Source: Octopus vulgaris (Eukaryota). From it: a stretch of DNA of 64,000 nucleotides. Every line of letters begins with the position of its first letter. The stretch's first letter is position 1. Location of the stretch: positions 82,956,001-83,020,000 of the forward strand of contig OX597815.1 in assembly GCA_951406725.2 (NCBI GenBank), in the 5' to 3' direction. A program made the position numbers and the translations under genes. Below the pieces are notes generated by a model. It searched no databases. It was not told where the DNA came from and saw only the letters and a list, made by a program, of their open reading frames with translations. Positions 39,430 to 52,963 of this stretch are shown in pieces.

Positions 39430-40202
39430 CTCTCTCTCTCTCTCTCACTCTTTCGTTTCCTTTCTTTAATACATCTCAACTTTTCACTAATCTTGTTCTC
39501 TTTATTTTCTTTCTCTAGCTATCTCAATTTCAATGTTTCTTTACTCTTCCTTCTATTTTTTTATCTGTGGTTACTCTCATCGCGTCTCCCTTTTTTAACC
39601 ATCTCCTCTCTATGTCTGTTTATATTTTAAAAATTCCATACGAATATTTAAAGCAATGAAAGTCCACCACCACCATCATGATTATTATCTTTTGTACCAC
39701 AGCTTCCTCTCGTAAGAATAAAACCACCAACAAAAATATTACTAAAACCACCGCAACAAGCAGAAATATAACAACGGTTAATAAATAATATGATGCCTTG
39801 ACTACGTAGGCAAATTAGCAGAATTGTAAAGGCGTCAGGTCGAATAATATGTCTATGTAATGTGTGTTCTGAGTTCAAACTACGTCCAGATTAACGACGC
39901 AGTTCATCAATTACGAAGTGTGTAAGAGTATTGCTAACTTTCCTATCCCTTCTCTTTCACCATTTTATAGCACTCAAAGGCCCACTTTTCATTTTCTTTT
40001 TTTTTTTGTTTTTTACCCAATACTACATTGTTTCGTGTTAGAATTACTATAACTTTATACGGATCTGCAAAGTCTACGAACATTTTCACGTTAATGTGAC
40101 AAATAGGAATTCCGTTGGTCGAAAAACCGAAATCACATCATCGAGATTAAAGGTTAAAAAAAAAGGGTAGCCAAATGTGCGGAATGTTATAGACGATATA
40201 TA

Positions 40203-41648
40203 CAAGGTGTTCTGATTTTAAGGCAACCGATGTTTCGGACTTTAATAACTATCAATGAACGTTATAAGATATGAATATCATTATAAAAGCTTAGTGTATC
40301 TTCTTTTTGTTTCAGACTAAATAAATTCAGATTTATAAATTAGATAATGGCTATAGACCAAAATACAATCATAACCCTCCGCAAAGAAGGCGAAAGTAAT
40401 ACAGCTACAGCAAAAAAAACAAAAAAACTTAAAATTAGCCGAACTAGTTTGGAACATTGCCAAGAAATATCAAGAGACTAGTTCCACCGCTGATCGACTT
40501 CGATGTAGCAGAAAAAAGTTTATCAAAAGGATGAGAGAAAAGATACAGCGAAACCCTCGTCTTTCCGTCAGAAAGCTGGCTCCCACAACGCAAATAAGAC
40601 GAACATCGATGTATCAAGTGCTGAACGAGGATCTCAAGACCCACTACTACAAAATAATCCGTCGTCATGAGCTCACGCTAGTTTATAAGGCTATGAGACT
40701 GGAGAGAAGTCGTCTTATCCTGCGTCAGTTTGCTGAAGGAATGCTGCTCAACCTGGTGTTCACTGATGAAAAGAAATTTGACGTCAAACAGACTGTAAGC
40801 CACCACAATGATCGAATTTGATGAGTATCTGGCTTCGTGGAGAGTAGAGTTGGAAATCGATGTCAAAATCTACAGTCAGGTATGGTTTTCGTGGCTGAAA
40901 GGTCTCGTCTCGTTTTTTTTTTTTTTTTGCCCTTGAATGTTAGAATTATCACCTATCGATACATTAGCGACATTCCGGAAGCTGAACTGCTTCCATGGGC
41001 AAATGAACACTTTCTAGGCACAATTTGGAACCTTCAACAGGACTCGGCACCAACCCAACAGCTTCAAACAGACATAGCACTGGATTTAGAAAAGCATTTC
41101 GTTGTTTATAGATAAGGATGTATGATACCCAAGAAACCCCGATATCAAACCGTTGGATATTTCTGTTTGGTCCATTTTGGAGCTGAGGCCTCGAGCACTC
41201 CTCACGCTTTGCTCAACGCTCTGAAGGCAAAAACTACACCAGGAATAGGCTTCTTGAGTGTAAGAATTATCCTCTATCGATACACTAGTGAGATTCCAGA
41301 AGCTGAACTGTTTTTATATGCAAACGAACACTTTCTAGGCGCAACTTGGAACCTTCAACAGGAGCTGAGGCCTCGAGCACTCCTGATGCTTTGTTCAACG
41401 CTCTGAAGGCAAATCTACACCAGGAATAGGCTTCAATCCCACAAAAATGCTGCGTGACACGTGTGAAGTATTCACACCTAGACTTAAGGCTATGATTCGA
41501 AACAAACGTGGTCATATCGAATAAATGTGGTAGCGTCATAATTGTGTTTTCTTTACCATTGTATTGCAACTCTCGGACCCGAAATATAACTATATTTTAC
41601 TTTGGCAAAATTGAAAAGAGTCGGTTGCCTTGATTTTAGGACACCCCG
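40203..41648 (+). mobile_element. Decayed Tc1/mariner-superfamily DNA transposon (third catalytic residue D, probably DD37D/maT-like)
   Basis: Imperfect ~28-bp TIRs (CAAGGTGTTCTGATTTTAAGGCAACCGA / TCGGTTGCCTTGATTTTAGGACACCCCG), TA on both sides; RNPRLSVRKLA, VFTDEKKF, QQDSAP, PDIKPLDISVW. Confidence 0.85.
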
Positions 41649-41867
41649 TATGCATACATACATACATACATACATACATACATACATACATACATACATA
41701 CATACACACACACTATATACATAGTGAGGGAGTGCAAGAGAGAGTGAGAAAGAGAGAGTGAGAGAGAGAAATAGATAAATTGATAGAAAGTTAGATAGAT
41801 AGACAGATAGATACATACATATTTGCATGTATGTATATGTCTGCATGAATGTATGTATATATGTATG

Positions 41868-42295
41868 TATTCTTTTAATCGTTTCAGTCATTTGACTGCG
41901 GCCATGCAAGGAGGATTTCCGTCAAACAAATCAACCTCAAGACTTTAAAAAAAAAAAAACTTCTATTTATTCTATCGATCTCTTTCACTAAACCGCTAGC
42001 TTATGGGGACATAAACACACGGACACCAATTGTCAAGCGGTGATGGGGTAATAAACACAGACACAAAGATACACACACACACACACACGAACGCATGCAC
42101 ACGGCCCCCAACACATACACATATACACATATATACGAAGGGCTTCTTTCAGTTTCCGCCTACCAAATCCACTCAACAAGGTTTTGGTTATATCCGAAGT
42201 TAAATTAGAAGACACTTGCGCAAGGTTTCATACAATGGGACTGAACCCGGATTCAAGTGGTTCGGAAGGAAGCTTCTTACCACGTATACATGCAT
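41868..42295 (-). mobile_element. SINE, same family as 24470
   Basis: GTTTCAGTCATTTGACTGCGGCCATGC and GGGCTTCTTTCAGTTTCCG.CTACCAAATCCACTCA. Confidence 0.8.
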
Positions 42296-42297
42296 AC

Positions 42298-42351
<54 letters not shown>

Positions 42352-42549
42352 ACAATAGCATACAGTAAGATCCATGAGCGTAGACACCGAGTGATATAAA
42401 CTTCCAATGGTAGTCTGACTAGAATGGTTGTAATGTGCTTTAGGAGAGATAGCAAGTTTTCGAGATGCTAGGAAAAATATGTAAGTCAAAGAAAGGAGGA
42501 GGTTCAGTCAGGTGGGACCAAACAGGTATCACCATGTGTATATATTTGG

Positions 42550-43800
42550 TTCAAACTGCACAGAAAAACAAAGCACAAAAAATGAAAGACAGAGACAGGA
42601 GAGGGAATAACAAGCAAGGTATATTTGTTTGAAACTCAGGGAAAATGGAAGAAATCTTTGATGTTTCGAGTTTGGGCTCTTCTACAGAAAGGAATGAGCA
42701 GAGAAAACAGTTGTAGGAAAGTGGGAAATAGAGAGTAAAACGCATCTCGATTAACAGTTGCACTTATTGAAATAGGAGAAAAGATGTGTTTTGGAGAGAA
42801 GGGTAGCAATGAAGATAGCGCCCAAACATCTTTGTGTATGGGAAGATAAAGCGAGCGTGTAGATAAATGATGGGTGAGAATCTGAGTGAGTGTGTTTGGG
42901 CAACACGCATTTCAGTTTGAAGATAATATGAGCATGTGTATGCGTATGTATGGGAGCGCGTATGTGTATTTGTATGAGGCCACTCTGTGCGAACCAGTTC
43001 ATGTGCGAATTTGGCGTGATGTGTGTGTCCCACCCATGTATTTATGTGTAATGAATGCGTGTTTGTGGACGTGTGTATATGCGTATTTGAGGACGTGTGT
43101 ATATGTGTGAGGCTATCAGATGTGTGTACAAGCGCCTGTATGTCGTAGTGTATGTACGTGTGTTTGTGGTCTTGTTTCGTTTTACGTCTGTCCGTAAGAG
43201 GCAACCGGACAAATGCACGTGCGCTCTAGTGTGTGTGTGTGTTTGTGTGTGTATGAAGTGTACGAATGACACTGTTCCGTGCGTATGTATATGTGTGTAA
43301 AGGCGTTTATATGTGTTTCTGTGAGGCTATCTGACGTATATAGGCAGTACGAAGATGTGTGTGGGTCGACATGGATGGAAGTGTCAGGTGGAATACAAGT
43401 GACAAAGTAGGTAAGTGTTGGGAGGTACATATGAAGAAGGGAGTGAGAATCCTTGAGTTGGTATGTGTGCGTGTATGTGGGAGTATATAGGGGCATAATG
43501 GCTCGTGAGGTGTGGGTAATGGATATAACAATGTAGAGAATGTTTGGGGGCATTGTAGACGAAGAGGGACAGGGGAATGTTGGATGTGTTTAGTGTGTAG
43601 ATGCGTGTGGAAGTGGGTTTTCAATGAAGAGAGTTGAAGAACTGATACCGCGAGGGACTGAAGAATGGAGAATTTCAAAAGATAAATCACTGCTCCTGAC
43701 TTCTATCATTTTCCCTGAGTGTCAAACTAATACACCATGTTTGTTGTTCTCTCACCTATTCTTATCTTTTGATTTTTGTTTATTGTATAATTTTGCGTCA
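42550..43800 (-). mobile_element. Penelope-like 3' remnant with a hammerhead-like motif (42655-42692) and a short inverted copy at 43700-43800
   Basis: Minus strand: cttt CTGTAGA a-gag-cccaaa-ctc GAAAC ATC aaag. 43705-43780 resembles the reverse complement of 42575-42650. Confidence 0.55.
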
Positions 43801-43931
43801 CACACACACACGGACATTCGTGCGCGCGTATGTATGTTATTATATACATACGTACACACAGCTATATAGTCGACTCCAGAAGTGTGTACAACTAACTAAA
43901 CAACATGCTGTAAAACATATCCTTTAGTGGT

Positions 43932-44048
<117 letters not shown>

Positions 44049-44269
44049 GAAATAATACGTTTCTAAATATCTCAGAGAGATTTATGCAGTAGTGGTACGA
44101 CAAATTAGTTGTATACTGTCAACTTAATGTGACAGTCCCATGAAGGGAATCATACTACTGCTATTTAGCCATATGAAGCAGCAACGTTTCCTGTCGGCCT
44201 TGACACATTTCTTGCGTCCTTATGTTTACAAGGGGGAGATAAGAACCTCCAACTACTTTATAATATTAA

Positions 44270-44815
44270 TAATATTTTCATTATTCACTACTGAGGGTTT
44301 ATATAACAGATTGGGGACGGCACAGGATAGCACAAAATAAAAATATTCGGATTTAATCGTGTTTAAAAGGTAATGATAATAACAATTATAATAAATCACC
44401 AAAAGACGGAGGTTTCCAGAGGCTGCTCGTGGAACCCCCACTATAAACACTATCGTTCTCACCTCTAGTGCAAGTGCTTTCTCCACTTCATCTACCATCG
44501 ATCTAGAAGCACATACTTAGAGTAAACCCGTTTACTCGGGCTATAAGCGCAACATTTACCCACGTTTTCACTCTCTACCCTCACTTTCCTTTTCAAGGAA
44601 AACTTGATAACTTTGAGGAGAGGTAAGTGGTTGTCTTCAGCCCTTTCGAGCCGCTCCACCACAACTACATTCGGTAAGGCCACCAGAAAAAGAAACGCTG
44701 CCTATCCTTCCCGACCGAAGGAAGGTGGTAGGGTGATCTTCACTATAGACTCAGCCAATATGCGGATCCGTCATACACGTGACAGCAGGTGTTCGACATA
44801 AACGCAGAAGTCAGC
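44270..44815 (-). mobile_element. Decayed Tx1-group LINE 3' fragment
   Basis: FSLKRKVRVE and CCTTCCTTC..TCGGGAAGG, homologous to the ORF 129-1925 C-terminus. Confidence 0.65.
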
Positions 44816-45387
44816 AATGCCCCATGATAAAAACTGGTGGGAACACAAACCACATTCAGTGCTTGAAAACGACCACCGTTCAAACTGACAGAAAGATAAA
44901 TGCGAATAGGCCAGACATTATATTGAAAATCATGCCTCCTCATTGATATGACTGTCACAATCGACATAAATGTATCTGTCAAGACCTACGAAAGACTGAG
45001 CAAGTATAACGATCTTGAAAGAAAAATTGGCAAAATGTGGAACCTCAAGTCTAAAACAATACTTGTCATAGGTGTCCTAGGAATGTTAGCAAAAGGGGCT
45101 GATTGCTACCTAGCTCAGATACCAGGAAAACCCCAAATGGCAGAAATCCAAATGAAAGTGCTCATGGGGACTGCCCATATCCTACGTAAAATACTGTCAA
45201 ATAATCTCAAAGTTTAAAACAAACATAATTTTCTTATGTTTTCTTAAGCATTCTCTAGAATAATACTGTGTGCAAAACGAAATATAATGACATCCTAGGA
45301 ATATCACTCATTTGAACTTCTAACTTGTTGTCTCTTGAGGGCTCTGGAATCAACTTGTACAAATACAAAGCAAATGTCAAACATATG
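44816..45387 (+). mobile_element. R4/Dong-type LINE 3' fragment, same family as 13538-15385
   Basis: HDKNWWEH, MTVTIDINVSVKTY...GTAHILRKILS, shared 3' UTR; ends in (TAA)n. Confidence 0.85.
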
Positions 45388-45451
<64 letters not shown>

Positions 45452-45452
<1 letters not shown>

Positions 45453-46537
45453 CTGACAGACATGTTATATATACAACGCATAGAATGTGTTAGAGGCCTT
45501 ATAAGCTAGAAAACTATTACAAAATAACTACCACAGGACCACAAAGTACCTACTTCAGATGCAAGGAAAACTAATACAAATAGGGACAAAACACGAACAA
45601 AAAAAAAAACTGTTTAAAGTCTTTAAGGAAACTGACAAATACAAAAGATGTCATACTACCTAACAACTATGAAGAAAATAAGAAACAACAAAAGCTGTAA
45701 AACAAATGAAGTCCAAACTAAAACTGCAATAGTAACGGATCATGATAAAGCGATGGCAAGAAAAGTCCCCTCATGGCAAATACTGGTGTAAACTAAACGC
45801 AAAAGAAGTAGACAAAGCAAAATCCCAGCAATGGCTGAGAAGCTCATGACTCAGAGCAGAAACTGAAGGATTTTTAATTGCAGCACAAGTCCAAAGCCTT
45901 CCCACCAAAAAAATTACCAAAAACATATAATGAAATAAAATATAACAAGTAACTGCAGAATTTGTGGAGAAGAAGAAACAATAAACCATATTGTCTCTCG
46001 CTTCCCAGTCCTGGCTAAGAAGGAATATATTCGCAGACACGACAGGGATGGGATCTCTATACACTGGAAGCTATACCAACACTATGGAATAACAAAGAGA
46101 AACATTATGGTATAGGTACACGCTAGAAAAGGTCACATTGGGATATTCCAATACATACTGATAGAGAAATTAAGGTCAACAGACCTGATATATTTGTCAG
46201 AGATCATGAAGAAAAGAAATGCTTTCTAATCGATGTATCACTACGAACAGGTGACAGCGTTTCTCTAAAAGACATGGAGAAACTTTCAAAATGAAAAGAC
46301 CTGGAAATAGAGGTAACTCGAATGTGGAATCTAAAAATAGATACAATTCGTATCATAATAGACGCATTGGGTATGATAAAAACATATTCAGACAAATACA
46401 TAACAAAAACCATTAGGGCTAACAAGCACTTTCAATACAGTAACAATACATCACAACAAAGCACAACATATACCCAAGGCATACAGAGATACACTCGGTA
46501 ATGCAGTGAAAGCAAGTGATAAAAATAAGACTACTGA

Positions 46538-46538
<1 letters not shown>
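45452..46538 (+). mobile_element. Decayed R4/Dong-type LINE fragment (different family)
   Basis: LRAETEGFLIAAQ, CRICG, RHD, KVNRPDI, KDLEIEVTRMW; flanked by (TAA)n and (TGA)n. Confidence 0.78.
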
Positions 46539-46578
<40 letters not shown>

Positions 46579-46599
46579 GATGATGATAATAATAATAAT

Positions 46600-46994
46600 G
46601 CAGTACTAGGCAGTGGCTCTCATGGCTTCGGATCTTAACTGACTGGAGATTTTATCACGTTCATTGTTTTGTTTTGGTATAAAAGATGGGCTAGAGCAAA
46701 TATTCTGCTCAATACCACAGATTTGCTTGTCAGTTGTTTAAACTGAACCAGTTGAGCATGTCCCTTAGTGGCTGACGACGTTTGCATTTCTGATCACGAT
46801 CAGAGGTAGTGGGGGAACACCATAGCCATGTGTCGAGAGAAATTCTTTTCGGGCTTTGGATAATTCACCTTTGGAAATATGGGTATGCATGTACCTGGTG
46901 TACCCTTATCAGACGGGTAGTCATGATGGGTGTACTGGACTTCGTACATTTTACCACAGTGTTACTTTGATGGCATGCAGCACTCTCTCACTCA
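46600..46994. other. Unclassified ~395-bp insert between (TAA)n tracts
   Basis: Complex sequence sharply bounded by (TAA)n on both sides; no ORF homology recognised. Confidence 0.4.
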
Positions 46995-47017
46995 ATAATA
47001 ATAATAATAATAATAAT

Positions 47018-47111
<94 letters not shown>

Positions 47112-47134
47112 CCTCTATTCTAGGAATCAAAGGA

Positions 47135-47325
47135 AAAAAATTGAGGGCAGGCGCTAGTCGGAACCATCGACTTCAGCACTCAGCAGGTATTTATTGCATC
47201 GACTTCGAAATAATGGAAGGCAAAATTGACTTCGATTAGATTTTAATCCAGATTGTAAAACCTAGAAGAAATATCTCAAGGTGTTTTGTCCGATTCTCTA
47301 ATCGATACTTGCAGCTTACTCACCA
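47135..47325 (-). mobile_element. Decayed Nin-type SINE
   Basis: ATCGACTTCGAAA...GAAGGCAAAATTGACTTCG is the reverse complement of the SINE core. Confidence 0.55.
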
Positions 47326-48214
47326 CATAAATATGATAACAACGATTTCTTAATTGCTTATAGCAATGAAGAAATACTAACTTTATCCTTATAATATTGA
47401 GCAAATAACATTGAGCTAAGTAATATCATTGTTACGTATAATCTACTGTAACTACCGCTACATATAAAATTATTGTAAAATAGTAAAAGTTTCTGTATTT
47501 GTCAAACTGATAATATAAATACAGTACAAATAACAATAATGCAGGAGAAGGAACGAAGGAAATATGAATGGAAAGAAAGAGAATAGAAGATGGAAATTAA
47601 AAACAAATTGAAATGAAAACTGAATTGAAGAATCAAAGGAACTAAAAGTAAAAGACAGAAAAGATAAAAAGACGGAGGAAGGTCGGGAATACAAAATGAG
47701 GGATACAAAAATAATGTATAGAAAATGTGTGTCTCTTCTGGAATACATTACACTCAGACGGATAGAGTTAAAATATTAAGAAGGACTGATGAATGACCTA
47801 ACATATTTAATAAATTAAAAACATATATATGTTATATCACAGAGCAAAGCAACACATCTCTACCCTACGAAAGCCGGAAGTATTTATTTGTTGCTTTTGC
47901 ATTGGATGGTACCGTGGTGGTGGTATTAACTTTATTGACTTTTTGTGAAATGACACATTTTAATATATTGGACTGTTTGATATATATATGCCTGCATTGA
48001 GTGTGAGTGTGTCTGTTGTGGTTTCTTGATGTTGGTTGATGAGCTGTGGAGTTCAATATGGAACATTATTGTGTTTGTTGATGTATATTGATCTATATTG
48101 TTTATATTGTATTATTGTGTATATATATATATGTAAGAATATGAGTATGTATGCACACATATTTATATTTATATGTAAATTGTTTAGGTTTTGTACTCAT
48201 ACTTGCATTAAAAT

Positions 48215-48323
48215 CTCTGAAGAGGCCGTAAGATATTCTTGTTAATGTCTCATTTATACCTGCATTATATGGCTAATAGGTTAAATGAGACATACGTGTC
48301 TTCACGGCCGAAACAGCTGTCAG
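48215..48323 (+). ncRNA. Type I hammerhead with ~86-nt stem II hairpin
   Basis: ct CTGAAGA ggccgt...atgtctcattta...taaatgagacat...acggcc GAAAC agct GTC ag. Palindromic stem III ACAGCTGT; stem I is short. Confidence 0.75.
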
Positions 48324-48475
48324 CTACAATGTAAATGTATTTCTATGTCTTGTTATATTTGTACTATATTAATGTATAATATCATTGCTATTGTGTAGTG
48401 GTTTAATAAAGTATTGATTCGGTATTATCTGATAGTTGATGATTGATTTAGATATATTTCTCCATTTTCTCATTT

Positions 48476-48523
<48 letters not shown>

Positions 48524-49140
48524 CTCAGCCCCTCAATCTCTCTAAATATATAGACGCGAACATTAGAAGTATAGTCGCAATTAGTTTAGTTAAGAAAACG
48601 TTTGTAGCTACGGACAGGTAAATATTTATAATTTACATCCTGTTAATAATCTTTCATTTTCTGTTTCAGCTTCGTAACCTCCTCTCTTTCTTTTCTTTCT
48701 CTCTCTGTCTCTTCACTTCTCTTTATCACACCATCTTTCTTCTCTCAGCCGCTCAATCTTTTGCATCACTTCCTCTCTTTCATCTCTTTCTCTATCACAC
48801 AATCTTTCTTCTCTCAGCCTCTCTCAATCTTCCTAAATATATAGACTCTCTCTTCTTATCTTCTCTCAGCCGCTCAATCTTTTGCATAACCTCCTCTCTT
48901 TCATTTCTTTCTCTTTCTGTCTCTTCACTTCTCTCCCTCACACCATCTTTCCTCTCTCAGCCTCTCAATTTTTCTAAATATACAGACGCGAACTTTCTTC
49001 ACTTACTCTCTTCTTATCTTCTCTCAGCTCTCAATCTCTCTAAATACATAGACACTTTCTTTCTCTATTTCTTCTCTACCCTCTATCGCACTATCAAATT
49101 TTAAATATAATTAGATAGATGAATAAATAAACTATCCAAA

Positions 49141-50048
49141 ATGTCCAGAACCTGGAGAAGTAACGAATTAGCGTTGTTCCTGAGAGCCTGGTAATGCGCC
49201 GACGGAGATAATCCGAACAACATAATTACAGCTGAGCTGAAGAGCAGTGGATATAAAAGGACGATAGCACAGATAGAGCGAAAGAAGCAGGAGTTTATAC
49301 GCTCTTATGCACTCATAAGATCTCACATTGGCACGCTTGACGCAATCTTTGACAACGAACAAAATAAAGATGGCAAGGATGGAGGCGCGGGTGCTGATGA
49401 AAGATGTCACCCCACTTGGTAGACACCCAGGACAACAACAAAGAAGATTCAAGTGAGAAACCTGCCCGGGAAGTAAACCCAAGTGCAAGTGCTCCTACCA
49501 GCAGCAAAATCCAAAACCATGGAGATGAAAGAGCCAAAAAAGAAATAAAAGGAGGAAAAACTAAAAGAAAAACAAATGACGAAACAGCCAAAGAAGGAAA
49601 AACTAAAATTCAATCAAAACCAAAAGATGAAACAGCCAAGGATAGAAGCAAACCTGACTATCCATGTACCAAAAAGGATAGAAACAGACAGCGCACACGA
49701 ATGTGTAAATTCTACCTGAAAGGTGTCTGCTGGCATGGAGAGGAAGGTGCAGGCTGCCGTTTTGCACATCAAAGACCCTTCCACATAAACATTAAACATG
49801 TCAGAAACCAACTACAACAAGGAAAAGGAATGGACCACGCTACAAACCGCCATGTTATTGAAAGGGCAGCTGCTGAACAAGAATCGTTTTTGTGCATGGC
49901 ACAAAAGATTGTACAGCAGCTAACCTGGCTCCATCAAACTCAAACTCGCAGATGGGACTATCCACAATACACAAGACCGCCACAGCAAATAGACCCAAGG
50001 TGGACACCGCCGGCAACAGGATACATATCACCTCGATGCTCCCACTGA
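49141..50048 (+). pseudogene. LINE ORF1 remnant with a CCCH zinc finger
   Basis: CKFYLKGVCWHGEEGAGCRFAH in ORF 49404-50048; the upstream part is interrupted. Confidence 0.65.
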
Positions 50049-52963
50049 ATATCAGAGGACTGCTAACACTCAGTAACAGGACAAAAATCCCGTTCTCGAG
50101 AGACTTTGTTGCATGCAATCAAGCCTTATGCATAGCACTTACGGAAACACACCTGAAACCGGACATAGCAGATGCGGAAATACACATACCACAGTATGTT
50201 GTACTACGGACCGACAGAAAAGAAAGGAGTCATGGAGGAGTTGCCATGTACATCCGTGAGGACCTCGCACCCCAGGTCCTTTTGTCATACTCAAATTCGG
50301 TGTGTGACACACTAATTGTACATATAAGGCAACTTGGTGTAGTTATATGTGCTACATATCGCCCTCCAGATGCCCCAAGCCATGTAGGCAAGTTTGAAGA
50401 CTGCCTTATAAAAATTGAAGAAGTTCTAGTCACATTAGAACAACACATAAGTGTACTTCTTATGGGAGACTTCAATCTACCCATTGTCAGATGGCTCGAT
50501 GGCCTTTCTCTCCCAGGAATGACACGATGCGAACGAGGACAGGCGAGGTCCCTCCTGAACCTCATTAACACTCTGTATATGGAGCAAGTAATACTCCAAC
50601 CAACCAGGGCAGGTAACATACTGAATCTCTGCTTCACAAATAATATGGATCTCATCCATAATGTGAAAGTAACACCGACACTACTCTCGGATCACAACAT
50701 GGTAGAACTGACTATGTACGGGCCAAAGGAAAGCATAGATATGCAGCCTACAAGAAATTCTCAGAATCTTTCCAGCTTGAACTTCCATAAGGCAAACTGG
50801 AAACAAATTGAGAAAGAGATCCTCAAACAAAACTGGCCTGAATGTCTCTCCTCGCCAGATATCGACATGAAACTTCAACAATTCATGTCTGTACTGCAAG
50901 CCATGTGCTACAAATGTGTCCCAGAGAGAAAGGCCACTGTACACAAGAGCAAAATCCCCAGAGAGAGGAAAACTCTAATGAGACGGCGTACAAAAGTTTC
51001 AAATCGCCTAAACAAACAAATTGAAAAGTCCCGGCTGAAAATAAAACTGTTGGAAATTGAAAAATGTCTGCAACTCTCACATGAAAAAGAAAGAGCAGAC
51101 AAAGAAACCTGGGCTATAGACAACATAAAATCTAACCACAGAGCTTTCTACATGTATGCTAAAGAAACAGCTACGGTGCACTGTGGGATAGGGCCACTCC
51201 TTGAAAAGGACGGCACATTCACAGGAAATCCAATGAGGGTAAGTGAAATACTAAATGAGCAATTCAAGAGTATTTTCACTCCACCCGTAGGGCATTTTCA
51301 AGTCAGCAATCCAACTGACTTCTTTACCACTGCAGATATAAAATCAGAAGCAGCGATGATTGATTACATCAATATAAAGGAAGACGATGTAATAAAGGCT
51401 ATTGATGAAATGAAAACAAACTCAGCTACTGGCCCCGATGGATTCCCAGCAATCCTTCTAAAAGTATGAGAGTCCTAGCAAGACCACTGCAGTTCCTCTT
51501 TCAGAGCTTCCTTGCAACTGGCAAACTTCCAAGAAAACTGAAGGAAGGTAAAATATGCCCTATTCATAAAGGACGTAGCAGAGCGGAGGCCAAGAACTAC
51601 AGACCTATCTCTCTGACCTCACACATCAGCAAGGTCATGGAACGAATAGTCAGAAGGAAACTAATCACCTTCCTTGAAGACTTGCTGCCTGACACCCAAC
51701 ATGGTTTCCGACCAGGAAGAAGCTGCTTAACTCAGCTCCTACAACACTGACTGGGTGCTGAAACGACTGCTCAACCACTCAAATGTGGAAGTCATATATC
51801 TCGACTTTGAAAGGCCTTTGATAAAGTCGATCATGGAATGATATGTTACAAACAGCGTGATCTTGGCATAGTTGGAAAATTGGGAGAATGGCTTCATGAC
51901 TTTCTGAAGGATAGAAGTCAGGTGGATGTGGGCCACTTCCATTAACACGCAAATAGTGAGCGGTGTTCCGCAAGGCACTGTTTTGGGACCACTACTGTTC
52001 ATAATGGCCCTCTCAGACATGCCCTCAGCCACGCAGTTAGCCACGATCACAAGTTATGCAGATGATACAAAAGTTTCACAGGCAATACAGAACCCTGAAG
52101 ACACTAAGTACCTGCAATGTGAGCTGGACAAAATATACAAGTGGGCTGAAAAGAATAGCATGCAGTTCAATGCTGAAAAGTTTCAAGATTTATGCTATCA
52201 GCATGCAAAACTAAATGCAATACCCAATAAATACACTGGACCTGGAGGGATTGCAATCCCAGAGGCACAATCAGTGCGAGACCTGGATATTTACATGAGT
52301 GATGATACAACCTTTCATGTGCATGTTGCTAAATTGGCAATGAAATGTAGGCGGCTGACCGGATGGATTCTTAGAACCTTTAGAACAAGAGACCAGGAAA
52401 CCATGATGGTCCTCTGGAGGACACTTGTCCTAAGCCACTTTGACTATTGCTCTCAGCTATGGTCACCATCCAGTGTCAAGTTAATCACAGAACTTGAGGC
52501 GATCCAACGAAGCTACACGAAGATAGCCTCTGTGCAGCATATAAGCTATTGGGAAAGACTCAAGAGATTGGGACTCTATTCTTTAGAGCGTAGGTGAGAA
52601 AGATATGCCATAATATACATCTGGAAGATCCTAGAAGGACTTGTCCCAAACTTTGGCATCGAGAGTTACACAAATGCCAGAACTAGGCGCCACTGCGTGG
52701 TGCCAAGGACTCCAAATTTGCCATCAAGATGTAGGACAAGATACTGTGATAGCCTGGGATTCCGAGGCCCACAGCTTTTCAGTATCCTCCTGAAGAACCT
52801 AAGAGACCTGCATGGGGTGGATGCAGATGTCTTTAAAATAAAACTGGATCTCTTCTTGTCATGTGTCCCAGATGAACCAACTTCACGGCAGGAGGTGCAG
52901 ATGAGGGCAGCTGCATCGAACTCTCTCATGCACCAAATATCAATTGCTAAAAAGCATTCGTGA
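50036..52963 (+). pseudogene. LINE ORF2, AP endonuclease plus reverse transcriptase, with stops, frameshifts and a deletion near 51925
   Basis: NIRGL, LTETHL, YRPP, GDFN, SDH, GPDG, NYRPISLTS, QHGFR, KAFDKVDH, SGVPQGTVLGP, YADD, YWERLKRLGLYSLERR. Confidence 0.9.
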
